Position numbers and translations under genes: made by a program. From Ignavibacteria bacterium RIFCSPLOWO2_12_FULL_56_21 (GTDB taxonomy: Bacteria; Bacteroidota; Ignavibacteria; UBA10030): DNA of 64,000 nucleotides. The notes under the pieces are model-generated. The model did not search any database. It was not told the origin of the DNA and was given only the letters and a program-made list of their open reading frames with translations. Positions 36,658-44,424 of this stretch are shown one piece after another (the first letter of the stretch is position 1; every line of letters begins with the position of its first letter). Location: the NCBI GenBank assembly GCA_001802945.1, contig MHAK01000077.1, positions 37,520-101,519 on the forward strand, written 5' to 3'.

Positions 36658-37560
36658 TTAGATGTTGAACCAGGGAGTCACGAGAACGTATTTCACCGGA
36701 TTCAGGCCGAAAACCGGCGGACCGAGGCGTAGCAAGATCTTGATGACCAATCCCACCATGGACAACAGCAAAAACGCGACGACGCTGTACCGGATGAAGC
36801 CGAGCTTTTTGAAGAGGTCGGAGTTTTGCCGCTGTATCCACACGAGCCCCACAGGAGTATAGAGCGCGCCGACGCAGACGGCTCCGAAGATCATCGCCGC
36901 AGGATTGAGTGTATTGTCCGGATTGCGTGTGGGGATGCCGAAGTACTCCGACAGATCCACGTTTGTCAGCACGCCAACGAAGTGCGGGTCCCACGTTTCC
37001 CACGGCCAAAAGAAATTCCAGCCCGGTCCGCGAAAAAGAGTGCCGATGACGATCAGCAGAACCCACAGGACGTGGAATCCGAAAACGTACGTCAGTACCG
37101 CAAACTTTCTCTCCTTGAACGTATAGTAACCGTTCCCCTTCTCGTTAATGTCTATGTACGGAATGGCCATGAGCCCGACGATGATCAACGTCGGCAACAC
37201 GACACCCGCGATCCAAGGGTCAAAATACACGAGCATTTCCTGCAAGCCGAGGAAATACCAAGGAGCCTTTGAAGGATTCGGAGTCAGAGCTCTGTTGGCC
37301 GGTTCTTCCAGCGGAGCATCGAGCGCAATCGACCAGATCACAAGGACTGCCATGATGAGGATCGTGGCAAGAAATTCCACCCGGACGAGATACGGCCATA
37401 CCTGAACCTTGTCGTCCTGCTTTGCTTCGTCCGGGACGCCCTGATTGTCATTCTTACGGGCCTTCGACCAGGCCAACTGAGAATAGAACACGACCGACAC
37501 CAGGAGCAGAATGATCGGAATGTTGTCGGGCTTCGAGAGAATTTCGAGAAGTTGGTCCAT
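36658..37560 (-). CDS. Cytochrome b C-terminal subunit (b6f subunit-IV-like, extended)
   Basis: PNPSKAPWYFLGLQEMLVYFDPW (the PEWYF-type block of PetD and of the cytochrome b C-terminal half). At 300 aa with extra helices, it is longer than canonical PetD. Confidence 0.85.
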   Translation of the reverse strand: MDQLLEILSKPDNIPIILLLVSVVFYSQLAWSKARKNDNQGVPDEAKQDDKVQVWPYLVRVEFLATILIMAVLVIWSIALDAPLEEPANRALTPNPSKAPWYFLGLQEMLVYFDPWIAGVVLPTLIIVGLMAIPYIDINEKGNGYYTFKERKFAVLTYVFGFHVLWVLLIVIGTLFRGPGWNFFWPWETWDPHFVGVLTNVDLSEYFGIPTRNPDNTLNPAAMIFGAVCVGALYTPVGLVWIQRQNSDLFKKLGFIRYSVVAFLLLSMVGLVIKILLRLGPPVFGLNPVKYVLVTPWFNI

Positions 37561-37583
37561 GCCTCAGGTCCGTGGCGTGCGAG

Positions 37584-38354
37584 TTAGAATTGCTTCTTGC
37601 CGGTGTCGGGGCCAGAGATGCCGCCGTCTTTCCTCACGCGCCAAAAATGGACGGCCATGAAAATGGACGCGACGATGGGGAGAAATATGCAATGGCCGAC
37701 GTAGAAGCGCAGAAGCGTCGGGGGTCCGACTTCCGTGCCGCCAAGGAGCACAAATCGCACGTCATTGTCTGGACGCATGCCAAGCTCGGCGCCGAACGGA
37801 CCCTCATGTCCCAAAAGCGGCGTCGCACGGGCCATGTTCGTGCCGACGGTGACTGCCCAAATGGCAAGCTGATCCCACGGGAGCAAATAGCCGGAGAAGC
37901 TCAGGAGGAGCGTGAGCACGAGGAGGAGTACGCCGACGACCCAGTTGAACTGACGTGGCGGCTTGTACGAACCGGTAAGAAATACCCGGAACATGTGCAG
38001 CATCACCGTGAGAACCATGGCATGAGCGCCCCACCGGTGCATGTTGCGAATGAGCGGACCGAATGGAACGTCGTTCATCAGGTATTTCATGTCCTCATAT
38101 GCGTACTGCGCAGTCGGGCGGTAGTAGAACATCAGGATGATGCCCGTGATTGTGAGGACGAGGAACAGGAGAAACGTGATGCCACCCATTCCCCATGTGT
38201 AGCCGATGTTGGTGGCGTGACGCGGTACACGCACGGGATGCAGGTGCAGAAAGACGTTGTCCACGATCTGCAGAGCGCGATTCCGCTGCGTATCCTGATA
38301 GCTGTGTCGAAAGATCGATTTGTAGACTTCGGTTTTCTTCAGCGCATCGAACAT
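37584..38354 (-). CDS. Cytochrome b6-type subunit (cytochrome b N-terminal, four-helix, bis-heme)
   Basis: [50 protein letters not shown] upstream. Confidence 0.93.
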   Translation of the reverse strand: MFDALKKTEVYKSIFRHSYQDTQRNRALQIVDNVFLHLHPVRVPRHATNIGYTWGMGGITFLLFLVLTITGIILMFYYRPTAQYAYEDMKYLMNDVPFGPLIRNMHRWGAHAMVLTVMLHMFRVFLTGSYKPPRQFNWVVGVLLLVLTLLLSFSGYLLPWDQLAIWAVTVGTNMARATPLLGHEGPFGAELGMRPDNDVRFVLLGGTEVGPPTLLRFYVGHCIFLPIVASIFMAVHFWRVRKDGGISGPDTGKKQF

Positions 38355-38364
38355 GCGTACTCCT

Positions 38365-38985
38365 TTACCCTACGAACGGCAGAAATGCACCCGGTTTGGA
38401 CCATTCACCTTTTTCATACAGAAACTTGATGCTGCGATCGACCTCGATCTGACCGTCGTCGGAGATAGAGATCGATGCGCGTTCGAGCGGCCTCGGAGCG
38501 GGGCCTTCAAAATTGATTCCGGTCTTGTAGAATCCGCTCCCATGGCAGGGGCACTTGAATTTTATGTCCGATGCAAGCCAACGGGGCGTACATCCGAGAT
38601 GCGTGCATATGGAGATGATCGCATAAAAGCCCTCGCGTTCACGAACGATCCAAACGCGTTTTTCATCCTTGTATTTTTCGCTGACCTCGCCGACGACAAA
38701 ATCCTGTGGGAAGCCTGCCTTGAATTTTGTGGGAGGTTCGAACAACACACGCGGGAACATGAACCTGAGAGCTCCGATCGTCGACGTCAGGATAAACGCG
38801 AAAAAACCCATCCATCCGGCGATCGAGAGGAGGTTCCTTCTGCTGATGCGCCAAATGCCCGGGTCTCCTTCCGGAGCCCGGTCCTGCTTGGCCTTGCGTA
38901 CAGGTTGCGCAGTGATCGGTGGATTCGGTGGCGGGGGCGGCGCAGACGCGGCCGGTGCGGACTGTTCTATCGTGGGATCAGCCAT
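38365..38985 (-). CDS. Rieske 2Fe-2S subunit
   Basis: [19 protein letters not shown]-terminal Pro/Ala-rich tail and a TM anchor. Confidence 0.93.
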   Translation of the reverse strand: MADPTIEQSAPAASAPPPPPNPPITAQPVRKAKQDRAPEGDPGIWRISRRNLLSIAGWMGFFAFILTSTIGALRFMFPRVLFEPPTKFKAGFPQDFVVGEVSEKYKDEKRVWIVREREGFYAIISICTHLGCTPRWLASDIKFKCPCHGSGFYKTGINFEGPAPRPLERASISISDDGQIEVDRSIKFLYEKGEWSKPGAFLPFVG

Positions 38986-39127
38986 GCAACTTCTCTGATG
39001 GTATCAGATGATGGAATCTCGCAGCGGCGCAACGGTCGCAACGAAGGAATATTTTGGTATATGCACTGCATGCACAACAATTCTAACATTGCGGTCGCCG
39101 CGAGAGTATTCTTGAGACATCTTCGAT

Positions 39128-39445
39128 TCAAACTTCTTCTTCCCGTTTGACCATGTCGATCGTTTCCCATGGGCAGTACTTTGCGCACAGTTTGCAGCCG
39201 ATGCAGATCTCTTCGTCAACGACGACGATCCCGTTTACGCTCACGTATCCGTGTTCTTCGGGATTCTCCGGACCCGGGACTTTGTACAGGCAATCGACCG
39301 GACAGAATTCGATGCACACTTCACAACCTGTGCAACCCTCTGGATGAACTATTGCAACGAGCGGAGACTTCTTCTTTTTCTTGGGGACCGGCGGTACTGC
39401 GGATTTTGGTGGAGCGGATTGCGGAGCTGCCTGAATATCGCTCAT
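39128..39445 (-). CDS. 2x[4Fe-4S] ferredoxin with a basic Pro/Lys-rich N-terminal tail
   Basis: CTGCEVCIEFCP and CIGCKLCAKYCP. The tail reads APPKSAVPPVPKKKKKSP. Confidence 0.88.
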   Translation of the reverse strand: MSDIQAAPQSAPPKSAVPPVPKKKKKSPLVAIVHPEGCTGCEVCIEFCPVDCLYKVPGPENPEEHGYVSVNGIVVVDEEICIGCKLCAKYCPWETIDMVKREEEV

Positions 39446-39486
39446 GCTGGGTTAGGTGGAGTCCGATTCTCGTTCGTGCGAATGTT

Positions 39487-39515
39487 AATATAGCAAGGCA
39501 TGCACGTTTTGTCAA
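39487..39515 (-). promoter_or_regulatory. Sigma70-type promoter for the respiratory operon
   Basis: Minus strand reads TTGACA-17 nt-TATATT (39515-39510 and 39492-39487), about 42 nt upstream of the ferredoxin ATG. Confidence 0.55.
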
Positions 39516-39641
39516 GAATGATTCCCACTTTCCTTGGTATGAACCGGCTCAACGTGTTTCCTATCAAGGCCGATTTCGGGCTCATGTCAAAGTTTGCCTG
39601 TAGCAATCATCCCAACCTTTAGCGATATCAAACCTTCTCGA

Positions 39642-39670
39642 TTGCACTCCCTTCCATTCATTGGTATATT
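39642..39670 (+). promoter_or_regulatory. Candidate promoter for bshC
   Basis: TTGCAC-17 nt-TATATT, with the -10 box ending 28 nt before ATG 39699. Confidence 0.35.
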
Positions 39671-39698
39671 CAACCACTTCGCACTCACTGGACATCGC

Positions 39699-41339
39699 AT
39701 GCAATCAATCGACTTTAACGATTTTACATCTTCCGACCTGGGCCTGAGCAGACTCTTTCTCGATTATCTGACAGATCATCAACGCGTACGGTCGTTCTTT
39801 CCGAGGAACTTTCGGAATTCCAAAGATTGGGAATCGACGTTGCGCGACGTAAGCTCCCGGTCGTTGGACAGATCGGCGCTCGTCCAGGTTCTCTCTCAAC
39901 AAAACCGGAATTTTCAATGTGGCGTCAAGACCCTCGCGAATATCGACCTCCTTCTGAACGATAATACGGTCGCCATCGTCACCGGACAACAAGTGGGAAT
40001 GTTCACGGGGCCCATGTATACGCTCTACAAAACGCTTACAGCCATCCGCCTTGCTGAACAACTTGGGAAGCGTCATCCCGACCACACGTTCGTTCCCGTC
40101 TTCTGGATCGAGGGAGAGGACCACGACGTGGAAGAAGTCACGTCCGTCAAGCTCTTCACGGCGACCAACGACCTCGCGACATACACATATCCTGTGGAGG
40201 GACATTCCCAGGGGAAGAACCTCGGCGCGGTCGGCGTCATTCCATTCACCGACGCCATCGTCGCTTTTGTCGACCAGATACGAAAAGGTGTGACCCAGAC
40301 GGAATTCACAGACGGGGTCATCAACCTTTTTTCGACGGCGTACCAACCCGGAATGACATTCACCCGCGCGTTCGTTCATTTATTGAATGATCTGCTGGGC
40401 GATACCGGGTTGATCTATATCGACCCAAATGACGCGGGATTGAAGAAACTTCTGGCTCCGGTCTTTCGGACGGATCTCTACGAAACTCCGCGCTTGTGTC
40501 AACTCGTCGTCGACACGAGCGTGCAACTGGAGCAGCAGTATCATGCTCAGGTCAAACCTCGTCCCGTGAATTCCTTCCTGTTCCATAACGGAGGACGCTT
40601 TCCCATCGAGCCTCATGCCCAAGGGTTTGCCCTGAAGGGAACACGCCAGCACTATTCCAAGGAAGAACTGCTCGCCCTTCTGGACGCTCATCCTGAATAC
40701 TTCAGTCCGAACGTCGTCTTGCGGCCGCTGTGTCAGGATACCCTCCTTCCGACCGCGGCCTATGTGGCAGGCCCCGCAGAGGTCGCCTATTTTGCCCAGA
40801 TCATTCCTCTCTACAAGGAATTCGGCATCCCTGTCCCCGTCATCTACCCGCGCGCCAGCGCCACAATTCTGGAAGAGAAAGTCGAGAAAGTTCTTACACG
40901 TTTCGCATTGCAGCCCCAGGAATTGTTCGGCGGCATCGATTTCATCAAAACGCGGGTCGCCGGCCAGGTTTCTGATTTCAAGGCGGAAGAATTGTTCGGA
41001 GCGACGATCGGTTCGGTGGAAGAATCGCTTAACAGCCTTCGGTCGGGACTTCAAAAGATCGACCCGACGCTGTTGGGAGCTTTGGACAACACCCTCGATA
41101 AGATGCGCTCGCACATTCTTGTTCTGAAACAGAAGACCGCTGCGGCACAGCAGCGACAGCACGAGGTCTTCATGCGTCAGATCGACAAGGCCTCATTGTT
41201 CGTCGTGCCGGAAGGCTCTTTTCAGGAACGGAAGATCAACGTGCTCTACTACCTGAACAAGTACGGGCCGGAGTTTGTGCGGTGGCTGGACGGCGAATTG
41301 AAGATCGATGCGTTTAAGCATCAGTTGATCCGGCTTTGA
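39699..41339 (+). CDS. bshC: Bacillithiol biosynthesis cysteine-adding enzyme
   Basis: Start moved to ATG 39699, giving 547 aa. N-terminal LSRLFLDYL..VRSFF and overall BshC-like length and sequence. Confidence 0.85.
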   Translation: MQSIDFNDFTSSDLGLSRLFLDYLTDHQRVRSFFPRNFRNSKDWESTLRDVSSRSLDRSALVQVLSQQNRNFQCGVKTLANIDLLLNDNTVAIVTGQQVGMFTGPMYTLYKTLTAIRLAEQLGKRHPDHTFVPVFWIEGEDHDVEEVTSVKLFTATNDLATYTYPVEGHSQGKNLGAVGVIPFTDAIVAFVDQIRKGVTQTEFTDGVINLFSTAYQPGMTFTRAFVHLLNDLLGDTGLIYIDPNDAGLKKLLAPVFRTDLYETPRLCQLVVDTSVQLEQQYHAQVKPRPVNSFLFHNGGRFPIEPHAQGFALKGTRQHYSKEELLALLDAHPEYFSPNVVLRPLCQDTLLPTAAYVAGPAEVAYFAQIIPLYKEFGIPVPVIYPRASATILEEKVEKVLTRFALQPQELFGGIDFIKTRVAGQVSDFKAEELFGATIGSVEESLNSLRSGLQKIDPTLLGALDNTLDKMRSHILVLKQKTAAAQQRQHEVFMRQIDKASLFVVPEGSFQERKINVLYYLNKYGPEFVRWLDGELKIDAFKHQLIRL

Positions 41340-41390
41340 GAATCTAATTCGTCAGTTAGAGAAGGCACAACGTAAGTCAGTAGAAATGAA

Positions 41391-41428
41391 AAGCCCCGGT
41401 CGATGTCTGCCCGGGGCTTCTTCTTATT
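41391..41428 (+). terminator. Rho-independent terminator of bshC
   Basis: AAGCCCCGG-11 nt-CCGGGGCTT followed by CTTCTTATT. Confidence 0.75.
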
Positions 41429-41431
41429 CAC

Positions 41432-41646
41432 CCCGTCGGTCCCCGACGGGAGCATTTTCGCTTGAGCCTCCGCCGACCATAAATGGTCGGCTTGAGTTCA
41501 CACGGTCGCTCCGCGACCGCGTGCGACTGCCTGAGACTAGATGTGGCGGCCCTTCCCGTCCCGAAGGGACGGTGTGAACTTAACCCGACCGTTTACGGTC
41601 GGGTAAGCAACCTAAGACCGAACGCCGCGTCGCGGTAGCGACGCGG
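41432..41646. repeat. Array of six GC-rich short-loop hairpins (REP/BIME-like)
   Basis: H1 41432-41450 CCCGTCGG/tcc/CCGACGGG. H2 41472-41491 GCCGACCA/taaa/TGGTCGGC. H3 41503-41519 CGGTCGC/tcc/GCGACCG. H4 41556-41572 CCGTCCC/gaa/GGGACGG. H5 41583-41604 ACCCGACCG/ttta/CGGTCGGGT. H6 41625-41646 CCGCGTCGC/ggta/GCGACGCGG. Confidence 0.85.
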
Positions 41647-41651
41647 TGATG

Positions 41652-42749
41652 TCAGATGATCCGTTCCGTTTCTTTGTCGAAGAAATGCAGCCGGCCCGTG
41701 TCGAACAGCAGTTCGAACGATTGTCCAACCCGCGGACGTTCATCTCCTTCGACTCGTGCTACATATTGGGGACCATTTCTCTTCGACTGAAAGTACACAT
41801 AGATCTCATTCCCCATCGGTTCCACAACTTCTACATGCACTCGCGACTTCACGGCGCCTGCCACTTTCGTGCGGCCGATGTGTTCCGGCCGTAAGCCGAC
41901 GACCACGGGCTTTCCGACGTATCTCGACAATCGCCGGTGATTCTTTCGCGGGATCGCTAATTCAACTCCCCCTCCCTGTTCCTCGAAAGAGATTCCCTTC
42001 TTCTTCGTGACAGTACCTTCCATGAAATTCATCGCCGGACTGCCGATAAACCCGGCCACAAATCTGTTCGAAGGCTTATTGTAGATATCCAAGGGCGTAT
42101 CGATCTGCTGGACGATGCCGTCCTTCATGAGAACGATTCGGTCGGCCATGGTCATGGCTTCCGTTTGATCGTGTGTCACATAGATCATGGTAGCGCCGAG
42201 ACGCTGGTGGAGCTTGGAGATCTCCGTTCGCATTTGTACGCGGAGCTTTGCGTCGAGATTGCTCAGCGGTTCGTCGAACAGGAAAACCTTCGGTTTGCGC
42301 ACGATCGCGCGACCAACGGCCACGCGCTGGCGCTGCCCGCCCGACAACGCCTTTGGCTTTCGGTCCAGATACTGCTCAATGCCGAGGATCTGTGCCGCCT
42401 CCCGCACGCGACGTTCGATCTCGTCCTTGGGAAACTTCCGGAGCTTCAGCCCGAATGCCATGTTCTCGTACACGGTCATGTGTGGATACAGGGCGTAGTT
42501 CTGGAACACCATCGCGATGTCCCGATCCTTCGGCGGAACATCGTTCACGACCTGGCCGTCAATGAAGATCTTCCCTGCCGATATCTCCTCGAGACCGGCG
42601 ATCATGCGAAGTGTGGTGGATTTGCCGCAGCCCGAGGGACCTACGAGGACGACGAATTCTTTGTCGCGAATGTCGAGGGAAAAGCTGTGGACGGCAGTGA
42701 TGCCGCCTTCGTAGACTTTCTTGACCTCTTCGAGACGTACGCTGGCCAC
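41652..42749 (-). CDS. Sugar-type ABC transporter ATP-binding protein (MalK/UgpC/MsmX family), with no adjacent permease or binding protein
   Basis: GPSGCGKST Walker A, LSGGQRQR signature, FLFDEPLSNLD Walker B, and a C-terminal MalK-like regulatory domain. Confidence 0.92.
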   Translation of the reverse strand: MASVRLEEVKKVYEGGITAVHSFSLDIRDKEFVVLVGPSGCGKSTTLRMIAGLEEISAGKIFIDGQVVNDVPPKDRDIAMVFQNYALYPHMTVYENMAFGLKLRKFPKDEIERRVREAAQILGIEQYLDRKPKALSGGQRQRVAVGRAIVRKPKVFLFDEPLSNLDAKLRVQMRTEISKLHQRLGATMIYVTHDQTEAMTMADRIVLMKDGIVQQIDTPLDIYNKPSNRFVAGFIGSPAMNFMEGTVTKKKGISFEEQGGGVELAIPRKNHRRLSRYVGKPVVVGLRPEHIGRTKVAGAVKSRVHVEVVEPMGNEIYVYFQSKRNGPQYVARVEGDERPRVGQSFELLFDTGRLHFFDKETERII

Positions 42750-42808
42750 AGGATTCTCCGTGAATGCTTGTGATAGCTTTCAGATTGTTGAGCAACTCAG
42801 AAGACTAT

Positions 42809-42863
42809 GCCACAAAGACGCAAAGTCACGACAAAGATCAATTATTGTATTGCTCTCTTTGTG
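42809..42863. repeat. Multi-register inverted-repeat element A
   Basis: GC-CACAAAG-a-CGCAAAG-t-cacGACAAAG, loop, CTTTGTG. CACAAAGA and TCTTTGTG form an 8-bp perfect pair. Confidence 0.8.
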
Positions 42864-42864
42864 T

Positions 42865-42907
42865 CTTGCCCGCCCGAATGAAGTGTCTGTAAAGCGGTCG
42901 GGCGCGG
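42865..42907 (+). repeat. 43-nt dispersed repeat, copy 1
   Basis: CTTGCCCGCCCGAATGAAGTGTCTGTAAAGCGGTCGGGCGCGG. Internal CGCCCGA/TCGGGCG stem. A near-identical reverse-complement copy lies at 63135-63179. Confidence 0.85.
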
Positions 42908-42932
42908 TGATCTAGTGGCAAATATTCTTCCA

Positions 42933-44219
42933 TTAATGAGATCTAAGCCGGTCGATGGTATTCCAGAATCCCGGAAATGAGACTTCAACACACGAGGCGT
43001 CGTCGAGGATGACTCCAGGGACCACAAGGCCGGCGACGCCGAACGCCATGGCTATCCTGTGATCACCCGCGGTACCGATGCGACCGCCAATTACGGCGTT
43101 ATTGGGCCCAAAAGCAAACCCATCGGCATACTCTTCCACTTCGACTTCCATGCTCCGGAGATTCTTGACAAGTAGCTCGATCCTGTCGGATTCTTTGACC
43201 CGTAGCTCCTGTGCCCCTCGAAGTCTGAAGCTGCATCCCGCAACTGCGGCGGCGACCGCGAGCATCGGAATCTCATCGATCACAGATGCGGTCTCGGGGG
43301 CAGAAATGTCGAGTGCGCCTGAGAGCCCGCTCGCGCGAACGCGCACATCCGCAATCTCCTCGCCGGCGACAGTGACACGTTCCACAACTTCCAGCGAAAC
43401 ACCGAGACGGCGGAAGCGCTCGAACACTTGCGCACGCGTCGGATTGACGCTCACACGTTTCAGGAGAATGTCAGAGCCCGGAAGGAGCGACGCTGCGGCA
43501 ATGAGAAAAACGGCCGCCGAAGTGTCGCCAGGGACGCTGTATTCTCTTGCAGGGATAGACATTCCACCCTGCGTGGTCACAGCTCTTCCCTCAGGCACAT
43601 CGAAGCTCTTCAATCCGAGCATTCGTTCCGTATGATCTCGCGTCGGTATCGGCTCGACGACCGTCGTCTCTCCCGCTGCATACATTCCCGCAAGCAGAAT
43701 CGCCGACTTGACCTGGGCGCTTGGAACGTCCGCAATGAACCGAAGCGGTCGCAGGTAAGGATTGCCTTTCACTGCGATCGGGGCTGTGCCTGCCGGTGTT
43801 CCTGAAATGGAAGCGCCCATCTTCGCCAGCGGCCCAAGTACGCGTTTCATCGGCCGCTTCATCAGCGAACCGTCCCCTGTCAACGTGCTTTCAAAAGTCT
43901 GTCCGGAAAGTATTCCACAGAGAAGTCGCATTGTCGTACCGGAATTGCCGCAATCCAAGGCGGCTGCTGGAGCCGAAAATCCCCTGGTTCCTCGGCCGAT
44001 CACTTCAGTTGTGTTCCTTTCCTCATGTACCTCAATGCCTAGGGCACGGAGACAATGGACCGTGCTCTTTGGATCTTGAGCAGCAGACAGTCCATGGATG
44101 ACGCTTTTTCCAGTGGCGAGCGCCGAGAAGAGAAGCGCCCGATGGGAGACGGATTTGTCCCCCGGGAGCATAACCTCACCGGTCAGCCGGCGCGCAGGTT
44201 CAATGGCATGTCCGCTCAT
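42933..44219 (-). CDS. aroA: 3-phosphoshikimate 1-carboxyvinyltransferase (EPSP synthase)
   Basis: Start moved to ATG 44219. LPGDKSVSHRALLFSAL..GNSGTTMRLL..RVKESDRI. Confidence 0.95.
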   Translation of the reverse strand: MSGHAIEPARRLTGEVMLPGDKSVSHRALLFSALATGKSVIHGLSAAQDPKSTVHCLRALGIEVHEERNTTEVIGRGTRGFSAPAAALDCGNSGTTMRLLCGILSGQTFESTLTGDGSLMKRPMKRVLGPLAKMGASISGTPAGTAPIAVKGNPYLRPLRFIADVPSAQVKSAILLAGMYAAGETTVVEPIPTRDHTERMLGLKSFDVPEGRAVTTQGGMSIPAREYSVPGDTSAAVFLIAAASLLPGSDILLKRVSVNPTRAQVFERFRRLGVSLEVVERVTVAGEEIADVRVRASGLSGALDISAPETASVIDEIPMLAVAAAVAGCSFRLRGAQELRVKESDRIELLVKNLRSMEVEVEEYADGFAFGPNNAVIGGRIGTAGDHRIAMAFGVAGLVVPGVILDDASCVEVSFPGFWNTIDRLRSH

Positions 44220-44228
44220 AAACGACAA

Positions 44229-44263
44229 ATCCTCTTCCTGCCGGCGAACCGGCGGAAGAGGAT
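44229..44263 (-). promoter_or_regulatory. 15-bp-stem hairpin plus T-rich spacer abutting the aroA start codon
   Basis: Minus strand reads ATCCTCTTCC-GCCGG-ttcg-CCGGC-a-GGAAGAGGAT-ttgtcgttt-ATG. The only SD-like purine run (GGAAGAGGA) lies in the 3' arm. Confidence 0.6.
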
Positions 44264-44310
44264 CTTCGGTAATGTGACTCTGGAGACGTACGTAGCCGTC
44301 TCAAGAACAG

Positions 44311-44404
44311 ACTCTCGCAACGACGCAACGCTCGTAACGAAATCTTTTATGGATATTTGTGCAGCAAACACAATATTTCAAAACGTTGCAGGCGTCGCGA
44401 GAGT
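44311..44404. repeat. Multi-register inverted-repeat element B
   Basis: ACTCTCGCAACGA-CGCAACG-CTCGTAACGA, a loop of about 45 nt, then CGTTGCAGGCGTCGCGAGAGT. ACTCTCGC and GCGAGAGT form an 8-bp pair. Confidence 0.75.
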
Positions 44405-44424
44405 AATTTTGAGACCGGCTCTAG

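Noticed and set aside
37572-39150. 285-aa and 265-aa plus-strand ORFs
   Set aside because: They are antisense to the cytochrome b6-like and Rieske genes. They show no membrane or redox motifs and are shadow ORFs.
33979-39445. Multiheme cytochrome cluster considered as alternative complex III (ActABCDEF)
   Set aside because: A Rieske protein and a split cytochrome b are present. No ActB-like molybdopterin/FeS subunit or ActC/ActF-type membrane subunit is encoded. This is a Rieske/cytochrome b complex.
40380-41162. 260-aa minus-strand ORF
   Set aside because: It is antisense to bshC, which reads as a full-length, family-typical protein on the plus strand.
41432-41646. Hairpin array considered as a CRISPR array
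   Set aside because: The palindromic units all differ in sequence, spacing is irregular (about 30-50 nt centre to centre), there is no conserved direct repeat, and no cas genes are in the window.
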